Program-made: the position numbers and the translations under genes
The notes under the pieces: generated by a model
What the model saw: the letters and a program-made list of their open reading frames with translations, nothing else
The model's database searches: none
What the model was told of the DNA's origin: nothing
From: Polyangiales bacterium
GTDB lineage: Bacteria > Myxococcota_A > Polyangia > Polyangiales > Houyiibacteriaceae
NCBI GenBank assembly: GCA_035466435.1
Contig: DATIUW010000300.1
Span: forward strand, 911 to 64,910
Direction of reading: 5' to 3'
DNA length: 64,000 nt
Part shown: one piece after another, positions 40,783-49,401 of the stretch
How the letters are laid out: every line of letters begins with the position of its first letter
Numbering within the stretch: the stretch's first letter is position 1

Positions 40783-41459
40783 CGAGCCGCACACGCAAGA
40801 ACGAAGGCGCCGCGCTGTTCGTCGTCTTGATGATCATCATGGTGGGCACGGCAAGCGCCGTGTTTTCCGCCAGCACGGTCTCGTACGAGGTCCGCGGCGC
40901 CGGATTCGCGCGGCAACAAATGCAGACCCGCTACGCCGCGCGTGCGGGGCTGATCGGCGGGCTCGAGTGGTTCGACATCTTCGGACCGGAGACGGTGCGC
41001 AACATCATGCTGGCGCCGGGAAGCACCGAAGGCGTGGAGTTCAGCTGCGTGAGCGGCAGCGGGTGCTACCCCGAGCCGCCGCTCGCCAACAACCGGCGTG
41101 CCTACCGGCTCTACCCACAGCACTATGACGCGTTACTCTCGCAGGACGGCGGCATTACGCCGGGTCTGATCGAGAACATGCCCTACGAGCCTTCCTCCTC
41201 GTTCGGCCCGACCTCGGCCCATACTCCGGTGGTCGTCGTCGACATCTACGACGAGCACGTGGTCAGCAAGCTCGCCCCCGGAGCCGCGGCCCAGGGCGGC
41301 ACGAAGTTCAAGTACATGCGGAGCACGCTCACGGCACGGGGCCGCGCGCAAGTGAGCAGCGACCACGCCGAGAGCGAAGACCTCGGCCGCGAGCAAAACG
41401 AGGCCGCCGCGGACATGCGTGCGTACATCGTGAGCGGGCCGTTCATCACGGGATCATGA
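40779..41459 (+). CDS. pilX: Type IV minor pilin PilX-like (PilX N-terminal domain)
   Basis: RKNEG/AALFVVLMIIMVGTASAV has a hydrophobic PilX_N pattern without Glu+5. It overlaps both neighbours by 4 nt. Confidence 0.75.
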   Translation: MTSRTRKNEGAALFVVLMIIMVGTASAVFSASTVSYEVRGAGFARQQMQTRYAARAGLIGGLEWFDIFGPETVRNIMLAPGSTEGVEFSCVSGSGCYPEPPLANNRRAYRLYPQHYDALLSQDGGITPGLIENMPYEPSSSFGPTSAHTPVVVVDIYDEHVVSKLAPGAAAQGGTKFKYMRSTLTARGRAQVSSDHAESEDLGREQNEAAADMRAYIVSGPFITGS

Positions 41460-44400
41460 TGAGACTTCGACTTCACATCGCATGGGCCCTTTGCTTGGTG
41501 GCGTCGCTGGGCGCCGCCGGCCGCGCCTCGGCGCAACCCGACATTCGAAACATCCGCCCGCACGTGGTCCTCTTGGTCGACACCTCGGGTTCCATGGAGC
41601 GAAAGCCGAACTGCATCTGCACGACGCCTGCCTGTCTCGAGTGCCTTCCGGTGTGCAGCCCCGGCAACTACGAGCAGAACCGGTGGTCCGTCGTCGCCCA
41701 AGCGTTGACCGGCGAGTTCAGCCCCTTCGAGTGCAACCCCGACACCCGGATCGGCGGCATCTACGCAGGCCAGTACGACGAAGGGTATTTCTTGCCGCAC
41801 ATTCAGCTCCCGCAGGAGATCGGCACCTATACCGGCTCGCAGAGCGGCAACGGCATTCTCGACATCTATCTCGAGCGCATCAAGTTCGGCCTGATGACCT
41901 TCGATGCCATCGGCACGCTGAGCGACCAACCCCCACTGGTGACGCAGGCAACCTTCGAAATGGCTCCCTTTCCGGTCGAGTCCCTAGGGACCAAGGGCAT
42001 GTACTCGTACGGAGACAACAAACCTTTTTCGTTCCTGGGCGCGCCGCCCGGAACCCCATACATGCTCAACAACGGGGCCCGCTCCGCTTCGGCGCCCGAG
42101 GGGGGCCTGGTCAGCGTCGGCGCCGATAGCACCGCTGCGACCACGGCAACCAATGCCGCCATCCAAGCGACGATTCTCGGCGACAGCGGCCTCGGCAAGA
42201 ACCCCCTTCGCCCGTTCGGCGCCACGCCGACGGCCGCCCTGGTCGATGATCTTCAGTTCTTTCTGCAAAACGATGCCGACATCACGCAAAAGACGTTCGA
42301 CCCCGGCCCGGGCGACCCATACTACGGCTGCCGCGGCCGGAGCGCGGTGTTGATCACCGACGGCTTTCCGAACGGCGACATGCGCGGCGAGCCAGTGAAC
42401 TGCCAGAATCTGGGGCAGCCCGTCGGCGCCACCGGGTGCCCATACGACGAGGTGGCCAATACCGTATCGTCGATGATCTCTTCGGGCGAGCTCGACAAGT
42501 TCTACGTCATCGGCTTCGCACTCGACGGAGACCCGGCCCAGGTCGCCTCGGTCGAGGCGCTCTTGAACGACATCGCATCGGTGGGCGACACGGACGAGGC
42601 CTTCTTCGTCGCGGACCGCGCGGACCTCGTGACGGCCTTGAGCACGATCCTCAACGAGCAGAACCGAGGTGCCACCAGCCGAACGGCGCCGGTCGTCACC
42701 GGCCTCTCGCCCGGGCTGGTGCAGGCCGAGTTCATCTCGGGCTTCAACGCCTCGTTCGACGCGGACGACCCTTGGGACGGCATCCTCGAGCGCCGACGGA
42801 TCGAGTGCGTGAACGGCGCTCCCGAAACCCAACCCGTCGAGGATTCGGATCGTTTCCACCTCGTGCTCAACGCGCAGTCCGTCGCTCCCACCGACGTCCA
42901 GCCATGGGGCTCCGACGCCCCGGTCAGCTTCACCGGTGGCTTCTCGCGCAACCTCTGGACGGTCCTCCCCTCCGATCCGGCGAACGTGAACGGCCATTTG
43001 ATCGGAAATGGCAAAGACAAGCTGACCGCGCTTTCGGATGGCGGAATCGACGTGCCGAACGACTTCACCGGCAACGAGATTCGTAACGTTCCGGTGGGCG
43101 AGTTCAGCAGGGCGATCTCGCCCGAGTACCTCTTCGGCCCCGGCAGCACGGACTCCGCCCAGCGCGACACCGTGGTCGATTGGATCCACGGGGTAGCGGG
43201 CAGCGGGCGCGAGAACGAGCGCCTCGGAGACATCTATCACTCGACGCCGGCCATCGTGCCTCCCTTGGTCGACGATCTCGAGGATCGTTCTTTCAACGAC
43301 TGGCGTCTCGGCCTCGCGCACCAGCAGAGCCCCGACCCGCTCGAAGATCTGACCCCCCCAAACGGCTGGCAGCTCAATCGCCGCCCGCGCATCATCTACG
43401 CCGCGTCGAACGATGGGGTCATCCACGCGTTCTTGGCCGACGACTATGCCTCGGGCGAGTTCACCCTCGGAAACAACCTCGACGAGTTCGCCTGCGCGAA
43501 CAACAAGGCCGCCGGCACGGAGCTCTGGGGCTTCATTCCGCCCATGTTTTTGGACGACCTCGACGATTTGCTCTCCGGCGGAAGCAAGCAGTGGTTTGCC
43601 GATGGCAGCATCGTCGTGCGTGACCTCTACGACGTGCGCTCGTTCTCCGAGGACGACGGCGGCGGCGGCGTCACCGGTTCACCCTCGGGCCGAACCAACG
43701 TCTGGCGGACGGTCCTCTTCCTGAGCTTCCGAAACGGGGGGAACGGCCTCATCGCCTTGGATGTCACGAACCCTTGCAAGCCCGAGTTCCTCTGGCAGTT
43801 CACCGATCGCAATCTCGGCGACACCTACGGGCAGCCGACGGCCGCGCAGATTTTCGTCGAGGACAAGGATCCGACGCCCCGGGGCAACTCCGGAGGACCG
43901 GTCGTGTTCAGCCCGAGACAGTCGCGCGGGGTCATCATTCTACCGGGCGGACAGGGTGTGGAGGACGCGGGTGCCAGCCCGTGCACGTTTGCATCCGGCC
44001 CCGATCTTCCGGAAGGAATGGACACGGCGACCGGCACGCCGATCTCCCCCCGCGCCGACCGGCGTTGTTGGCGGGGGGAAAGCTCGGTTCCGGCTGCGGT
44101 GCAACACGGCCGCGCGCTGTACTTCATCGATCTGATCACGGGCACGACCATCCGAAAGATCGGCGAGAGCAGGTTCCCGGCTCCACTCAACGGCGCTGTG
44201 TCGGTCTTTCGAGGCGACACGGGAACGGTGGGAAGCGTGGCCTATACCGCCGACGCCGATGGCATTTTGTGGCGCATCGACATGTCGTCGAGCGATCCCG
44301 AGGACTGGGATGCCGAGGCGCTTCACGACCTCTACCACGGCGAGGGCTACAACGACGCGGAGCCCACCTATTTCCCGCCTGCTCTCACCATCAACGCTGC

Positions 44401-45055
44401 AGGCGAGGTCGTGATCCTGGCGGGCACGGGGAACTTGGACGTGCTGGACGACGCCTCGGCCGAGAACCGGGTCGTCTCGATCACCGAAAAGCTCACCTTC
44501 GACAGCAATGGCTTCGTCGATGCGTTGGAAGGCCGGCTCAACTGGGAGATCGAGCTGGATCCCGGCGAGCAAATGACCGGCGCGATCGAGCTATTTGGCG
44601 GCCAGGTATTCTTCGGCAGCTTCCAGGCGGGCGGAGGCACGGCGATCGACGCTTGTCCCTTCGGTGGCAGCCGAATCTTCGGTGTTCGCTTCCTCGATGA
44701 TCCCGCCAGCCCGGGCAGCCTCGTGCCGTTGCTCGAAAACGCCCTCGGCAGCCCGGCGGAGAGCCTCGATTCGGGCGACATTCCAGAGCTGGAGAACACT
44801 CTTCTGGTCGGCCTACAAGTCGCGCAGGCGCCGGTCTGCACCACGACGCAAAACGTCACGGTGACCGATCCCTTCGGAGGAACCGCGACCCTGGCAATGC
44901 CTGTCGCGTCGAGCGGACGCCAGTTCAAGCTGATGGCCCATCTCAGCGGCTCGGCCTCGGTGTCTGGGGGTTTGTCGATCGAGCTGCTCGAAGAGACGAT
45001 CGCCGCACCTGAGGGCTTCACCGTGATTTCGGGGATGGCGGAGACGCTCGAATGA
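41456..45055 (+). CDS. pilY1: PilY1-like type IV pilus tip adhesin with N-terminal von Willebrand A domain
   Basis: 1199 aa. It has a signal peptide and a vWA MIDAS motif (VVLLVDTSGSMERK). The C-terminal PilY1 beta-propeller-type region (..VFRGDTGTVGSVAYTADADGILWRIDM..) contains an Asp-rich Ca-site-like motif and an RGD tripeptide. Its position after fimT-pilVWX fits. Confidence 0.85.
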   Translation: MMRLRLHIAWALCLVASLGAAGRASAQPDIRNIRPHVVLLVDTSGSMERKPNCICTTPACLECLPVCSPGNYEQNRWSVVAQALTGEFSPFECNPDTRIGGIYAGQYDEGYFLPHIQLPQEIGTYTGSQSGNGILDIYLERIKFGLMTFDAIGTLSDQPPLVTQATFEMAPFPVESLGTKGMYSYGDNKPFSFLGAPPGTPYMLNNGARSASAPEGGLVSVGADSTAATTATNAAIQATILGDSGLGKNPLRPFGATPTAALVDDLQFFLQNDADITQKTFDPGPGDPYYGCRGRSAVLITDGFPNGDMRGEPVNCQNLGQPVGATGCPYDEVANTVSSMISSGELDKFYVIGFALDGDPAQVASVEALLNDIASVGDTDEAFFVADRADLVTALSTILNEQNRGATSRTAPVVTGLSPGLVQAEFISGFNASFDADDPWDGILERRRIECVNGAPETQPVEDSDRFHLVLNAQSVAPTDVQPWGSDAPVSFTGGFSRNLWTVLPSDPANVNGHLIGNGKDKLTALSDGGIDVPNDFTGNEIRNVPVGEFSRAISPEYLFGPGSTDSAQRDTVVDWIHGVAGSGRENERLGDIYHSTPAIVPPLVDDLEDRSFNDWRLGLAHQQSPDPLEDLTPPNGWQLNRRPRIIYAASNDGVIHAFLADDYASGEFTLGNNLDEFACANNKAAGTELWGFIPPMFLDDLDDLLSGGSKQWFADGSIVVRDLYDVRSFSEDDGGGGVTGSPSGRTNVWRTVLFLSFRNGGNGLIALDVTNPCKPEFLWQFTDRNLGDTYGQPTAAQIFVEDKDPTPRGNSGGPVVFSPRQSRGVIILPGGQGVEDAGASPCTFASGPDLPEGMDTATGTPISPRADRRCWRGESSVPAAVQHGRALYFIDLITGTTIRKIGESRFPAPLNGAVSVFRGDTGTVGSVAYTADADGILWRIDMSSSDPEDWDAEALHDLYHGEGYNDAEPTYFPPALTINAAGEVVILAGTGNLDVLDDASAENRVVSITEKLTFDSNGFVDALEGRLNWEIELDPGEQMTGAIELFGGQVFFGSFQAGGGTAIDACPFGGSRIFGVRFLDDPASPGSLVPLLENALGSPAESLDSGDIPELENTLLVGLQVAQAPVCTTTQNVTVTDPFGGTATLAMPVASSGRQFKLMAHLSGSASVSGGLSIELLEETIAAPEGFTVISGMAETLE

Positions 45056-45612
45056 CGGGCAAGGCCGAGATCGCGCGCGCCGTGCATGGCCCCATCGTGG
45101 CTTCACTGATTTTCCTTTCGGCTTCGACGGGCTGCACCTCCGAGCCCAAGACGGATTCCCGCGGATCGACGGGCGCCGATGCAAAACAGGCCGACGAGCC
45201 CGAAGCCGCCAAGCAGAGCTCTTTCACGCGCAACTACGACCCCCAGGGCCGCCTCCTGCCGTCCGACGAATACGTAGCGGGCGTTCGCATGCCACGAGGC
45301 GCCGAGATCTTCCTCGAAAGCGACCTCCGCCACGTCTACCGAATTCGCGCGCCCATCGACAAGGTGCTGGCGTACTTCGGGCCCATGATGATCACCGGCA
45401 ACGTCGAGCGCCGCGGAAAGGGCGCCATCTACAAACGCGCGAGTGTCCGTGGCGCGGAGGTGAGCCCGACGAAGCTCGACGTATCGATTCTCGAAGTGGG
45501 AAGCAGCATGACGCGAATCTCGATCACCGAGCTTCCGCCGCCGCCCACGTACATCCCGAGAAGCGAACAGACGAAGGCCGCGGCGCGCGAAACCTGGCGC
45601 ACGCTCGACTAG
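45052..45612 (+). CDS. Hypothetical lipoprotein translationally coupled to pilY1
   Basis: The ATG overlaps the pilY1 stop (ATGA 45052-45055). It has a signal peptide and lipobox (LIFLSASTGC). I recognise no other motif, and there is no prepilin signal. Confidence 0.6.
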   Translation: MTGKAEIARAVHGPIVASLIFLSASTGCTSEPKTDSRGSTGADAKQADEPEAAKQSSFTRNYDPQGRLLPSDEYVAGVRMPRGAEIFLESDLRHVYRIRAPIDKVLAYFGPMMITGNVERRGKGAIYKRASVRGAEVSPTKLDVSILEVGSSMTRISITELPPPPTYIPRSEQTKAAARETWRTLD

Positions 45613-45619
45613 CGGACGG

Positions 45620-46627
45620 TCACGGCTCGCGATAGGCGGCGAAGGTGCACTGTACGGTGCCCGGATCGAGCGACCGGGTGCCAACCATGCTCGTCGCGAT
45701 GCGCCCGCCGCCGTCGGATCGGCTCAGCTCGGTCGCCAACTCTGCGACTCGGCGCGTCCACAGCCGGCTTTCGTCGTTCGGCACGGCCACCTGGCAACCG
45801 ATGGGACCATGGGGAAAGGCGGTAACCAGCGCGCGAAACCGGTTCAACGTGCCCGTGGACACCTTCCCGTCGGATCCAAAGAAGCGCTCGGAACGCACGA
45901 CCACGCCCGTGGCCGTCCGATCGGCGGCGAACCCGGAGGTCGTCGCGGTCTCCACCAGCGCGATCGAGGCGCCCGGACGCGGCGCCGGCCACTCCGCGCG
46001 CATGGCCCCGATGAGAGCCTCGGTCTCGTGGAGCAAGGATTCGGCGTCTCGCGCGGCTCCTTGCTTCGCCATGGTGTCGACGCGCGAGCGCAGGGATTCG
46101 ATCTCCGCGTCGCTTGCGCCGAGAGCCTCGGCGAGCGCCAGGTTGAGACGGGCCCGGGTCACGATCGCGTCGAGGGCCGCGCCACTGGCGGGGGCTCCCG
46201 GTGCGAGGGCCGACACGCGGTCCGCTTCACGCAGCGCCACCGCCTGGGCCTGGTATCGGGAGATGTCATCGGCCACGGCCGCCGAGGCCTCTTGATCGCG
46301 TGCGAGCTGCTTGGCCCAGCGCTCCTCCTCCCGCTCGATTTCCTCGCGATGGCGATCGAGCTGGATTCGCTCGGCCTCTACGACGGCCGCGGCAAACCAT
46401 AAACGAGACTCGGTGTGGTAGTCCTTTGCAGCGGCGTCGTCCTTTCGGCGCTCCGCCTCTTCGGCCATGGATGCGGCGACCTTCGCCTCCTCGTACAAGT
46501 CGGGCGCGAGCTCCTGCGCGACCTCGGCCGCTGGCGAGGAAAACATCGACTCCGACGTCCGCATGCTCTGTCGCGCTCCGCAGCCCAACGCGAGCACGCT
46601 CATGATCACCAAGAGGCGCCAAGTCAT
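45620..46627 (-). CDS. Lipoprotein with DUF4398-like helical region and degenerate OmpA-like C-terminal domain
   Basis: It has a strong lipobox (MTWRLLVIMSVLALGC). A long Ala/Glu/Arg helical region follows. The C-terminal segment (VVVRSERFFGSDGKVSTGTLNRFRALVTAF..RRVAELATEL) is reminiscent of OmpA_C but lacks clear peptidoglycan-binding residues. Confidence 0.55.
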   Translation of the reverse strand: MTWRLLVIMSVLALGCGARQSMRTSESMFSSPAAEVAQELAPDLYEEAKVAASMAEEAERRKDDAAAKDYHTESRLWFAAAVVEAERIQLDRHREEIEREEERWAKQLARDQEASAAVADDISRYQAQAVALREADRVSALAPGAPASGAALDAIVTRARLNLALAEALGASDAEIESLRSRVDTMAKQGAARDAESLLHETEALIGAMRAEWPAPRPGASIALVETATTSGFAADRTATGVVVRSERFFGSDGKVSTGTLNRFRALVTAFPHGPIGCQVAVPNDESRLWTRRVAELATELSRSDGGGRIATSMVGTRSLDPGTVQCTFAAYREP

Positions 46628-47028
46628 CGTTGCTCTCTGGCCCGGGCAATCGAAGCCCGCTCTCTCAGCAATGCCTCGAGCGCCCGTCGCTGCGCTTCGG
46701 CACGCGCTCGAGTCGCGTCCAAGCGGCGTCGCGCCGCAAAGAGCTCGGCCTGCGAATGCTGGCGGTCGAGCTGCCGGCCGGCCAACACCACCGCAGCCCG
46801 AGCAATGTCCTGCGCCCTCGAAGCCGCGGCGGGGTCCTCCGTCGGGTCCGAAGCGACGCGTAGGGCTTCACGCGCCTGCTCGATCGCACCCCTGGCGTGA
46901 TTCGCCTCGTCGCGCGTCTCGAGCTCCTCCAAGCGGGCCTGAAGCGCATCCAACGCGACCCGGTCTTGCCCATCTTCGGCACGCGTAGAACCGGCCGCGC
47001 ACCACAGCACCAATCCAAGTAAGCTCAC
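46624..47028 (-). CDS. Small secreted coiled-coil (DUF4398-like) protein
   Basis: The GTG start at 47028 gives VSLLGLVLWCAAGSTRA/EDG, a signal peptide. The track ATG at 47154 would overlap the upstream FHA gene by 100 nt. Its stop overlaps the downstream lipoprotein start (ATGA). Confidence 0.45.
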   Translation of the reverse strand: MSLLGLVLWCAAGSTRAEDGQDRVALDALQARLEELETRDEANHARGAIEQAREALRVASDPTEDPAAASRAQDIARAAVVLAGRQLDRQHSQAELFAARRRLDATRARAEAQRRALEALLRERASIARAREQR

Positions 47029-47053
47029 GCGAAGCAGGCGCGCCGCTCTTTGG

Positions 47054-47680
47054 TCACTGATAGCTGAAGTGGAGCTCGTAGTCGCAGATGCGATAGACGT
47101 CGCCTTCTTCGATCCGCTTGGATTCGACGCGTTGACCCGCAAATTCGATTCCATTCGTGCTGCCCAGATCCTTCATGAAGTATGCGCCATCGTGAAACAC
47201 GATCGCGGCGTGTCGCCGTGAAATGTTCCCATCCCGAATGGCGAGATCTGCAGTCCGCGCCCCGCGTCCGATGATGAACTCATCCTTGTCGATGGGCACG
47301 ATTTCATCGTTGAATTGGAGCATCAAGACGCGGCGCGATGCGCTCTCGGAAGGTCGTTGTCCGGGAAGCGGCGGCGGCGCGGTCATACGCGGCTGCGCCG
47401 TCGGCCTTCGGGTGGGCATCGGCGTGAGCAGCGGCGCCGGCCTCGACTCGACGTGCGCTGGCGCCCTGCGTGAGGCACCTGCGACGGCCGAGCTCGCGAC
47501 CTGCTGTGCGTCGATGGCGGCAACGGTCTGCTCGCGGGCACGCGCATACTCGCGCATCGCCTCGTTGATCAGATAGTCGACCGAGCAGCCGAGCTCGGAG
47601 CCCATGCGGTCGAAGATCTCGAAGAGATAGTCGCGGCACTGAAAGGCACGCACCGTTTTTCTGTCGCCCTGATCACCCAT
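47054..47680 (-). CDS. Ribbon-helix-helix-like N-terminal domain fused to a C-terminal FHA domain
   Basis: The N-terminus (KTVRAFQCRDYLFEIFDRMGSELGCSVDYLINEAMREYAR) has a beta-strand plus two helices in the CopG/Arc pattern. A Pro/Ala-rich linker follows. The FHA core is FIIGRGARTADLAIRDGNISRRHAAIVF..GAYFMKDLGSTNGIEFAG. Confidence 0.8.
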   Translation of the reverse strand: MGDQGDRKTVRAFQCRDYLFEIFDRMGSELGCSVDYLINEAMREYARAREQTVAAIDAQQVASSAVAGASRRAPAHVESRPAPLLTPMPTRRPTAQPRMTAPPPLPGQRPSESASRRVLMLQFNDEIVPIDKDEFIIGRGARTADLAIRDGNISRRHAAIVFHDGAYFMKDLGSTNGIEFAGQRVESKRIEEGDVYRICDYELHFSYQ

Positions 47681-47688
47681 CTCGTCGA

Positions 47689-49272
47689 TTACTCACCTCT
47701 CCGTTCGTCCTGCTCTCGCGTCCGAAGCGCTTCGATCGCCGCTTCTGCGACTTGGCCCACCTTCGTCACCGGTGGATTCAGCTCCGTCCATCCCTGTCCC
47801 GATACTCGGGTCTCATCCGACACCAGTCGTTTCATCGCGGGGACTTCGGCCTCCCCACCCCTGCGTTCAAGATAGCGCAATGCGACCACACGATTCCACC
47901 ACTGTGGCGAATCGAGCAGCCCGAGCACCACGGATGTAGGAGGAGGAGTCATCTGACTCATCCGGGTGGCGTACCCCTCGAGCTCCTCCGGCTCGTACTG
48001 GATTCCCGGAACCGCTGGTAATCGTTGTGAAAACGAGTCGATTGTCGAAGGTCCTCCCAGCGAGAGGACGAGCTCGCCTGCACGCCAGCGGAGGCGCTTG
48101 TCGAGCTTTTGCGCCTGCGAGCACGTGCTTCCTACGCAGCCGGCGCGCTCGACGAGCGGCCAGAGCCGGGAGATCGCGTCGGCGCTCTGGATGTCGCCCA
48201 CACGATCAAATGCGTAGTCGCGCACTTCGATCGGGTTGCTCGGTTCGAGGGCGATCGACAACAACCGGTTCAGGTGCACGCGGCCCACGTGGCCTTCGAG
48301 CGCCTTGAGCGCCGTGGCGCGCCGGGTGCTCAGCCGTTCGACCCATGCCTCCGGATCGTTCGGCCCGGGCTTGGTGTCCGCGATGCGGAGCAAGCGAGTC
48401 GCGACGGCTTCCTGATCGCCTAGATGGTGCATCGCCGCAAGCGCTCCCTGGTTCAGGTAGTTCTCCCGGTTGTAGACTGCGAGAGCGTCGATCCGCTGCG
48501 GGTCGAGCTCCTCGCCCGATGCCTTCATCGACGCGCGAATCTGCTCCCCGAGCCAGGAAACGAATGCCGGCTTCTCCATCTGTCGCTCGATCTCGACGAG
48601 ACGATCGGCGGCTCGTTTCTTGGTCGCCTCGCTGCCGTCTTCTCCGATGATCTCGGCGATCTTGATCATCGCCTGCGGCGCCATTTTCTCGTCGAGCGTG
48701 TCGACCAGCATCTCTGCGGCCTCGGCACCCAAGGCACGCGTAACCTGCTCGGCGCTGTAATCACCGGCGAGACTTCGTCCTTCGAAATCGACCGAGTACC
48801 AGCCGACGACCGAGCGCACCAGCGGATCTCTGTCGTCCGGGCGTGCGTACGGAATCACCATGTACGCCGCATCCTTCGCGCGAACCTGCACGGGATCCAG
48901 AGCGGCACTCTCGGCCTCCGGCTCAGGCTTCGCCGCCAGCAATGCCTTCAGACGCGGGACCATGCCGGTGACGATCGTCTGACTGGCCTGCGGGTCCTCC
49001 GCCTGCAGGTCGGCGAGCGACTTCTTGAGAAGCGCCACACCGTCGACGTCGCTGCGATCCATCTCGACCATGGCGATCGCGGCTTCGGTTCGCAGCTCCG
49101 GGCTGTAGCGATCGCTACGGATGACGGCGCCGAGCCGCGCGGGCCCCTTGACGGTGCCCTTCCACTCCTCCACGTCGTCGCTGTCGACCTTGCACCCCGC
49201 CGTCGACACCACGACCGCCGCGCAAAGGACCATGATCTTCGTCGTCCAACCCATCCGACTCGTCGAGTCCAT
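47689..49272 (-). CDS. HEAT/armadillo-like repeat lipoprotein
   Basis: The start is taken at MDSTSRMGWTTKIMVLCAAVVVSTAGC (lipobox). Repeated helical pairs follow, with HEAT-like segments (..WNRVVALRYLERRGGEAEVPAMKRLVSD..). The track ORF start at 49413 lies within the ftsK promoter region. Confidence 0.65.
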   Translation of the reverse strand: MDSTSRMGWTTKIMVLCAAVVVSTAGCKVDSDDVEEWKGTVKGPARLGAVIRSDRYSPELRTEAAIAMVEMDRSDVDGVALLKKSLADLQAEDPQASQTIVTGMVPRLKALLAAKPEPEAESAALDPVQVRAKDAAYMVIPYARPDDRDPLVRSVVGWYSVDFEGRSLAGDYSAEQVTRALGAEAAEMLVDTLDEKMAPQAMIKIAEIIGEDGSEATKKRAADRLVEIERQMEKPAFVSWLGEQIRASMKASGEELDPQRIDALAVYNRENYLNQGALAAMHHLGDQEAVATRLLRIADTKPGPNDPEAWVERLSTRRATALKALEGHVGRVHLNRLLSIALEPSNPIEVRDYAFDRVGDIQSADAISRLWPLVERAGCVGSTCSQAQKLDKRLRWRAGELVLSLGGPSTIDSFSQRLPAVPGIQYEPEELEGYATRMSQMTPPPTSVVLGLLDSPQWWNRVVALRYLERRGGEAEVPAMKRLVSDETRVSGQGWTELNPPVTKVGQVAEAAIEALRTREQDERRGE

Positions 49273-49401
49273 TCCCCCGGGTCTGCAACCCGTCAAGATA
49301 ATAGAGGATTCCGCGGCCTGATCAAGAACGCCCCAAGGCCGTGCTTTCTTGACCAATGGCGCGCCCCGCGCATAGCCTCCGCTGTGTAGGAGGCCGCTTA
49401 C

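Noticed and set aside
41984-43426. 480-aa minus-strand ORF antisense to pilY1
   Set aside because: It is an antisense shadow with no motifs. The pilY1 frame is supported by the signal peptide, vWA MIDAS and operon coupling.
38196-45612. Whether the pilin/PilY1 cluster is a genomic island inserted at tRNA-Leu
   Set aside because: No integrase, excisionase or mobility gene is present. I found no third copy of the tRNA 3' repeat at the distal end (around 45613). Coding GC looks like the rest of the window by eye. I kept only the weaker att-scar observation.
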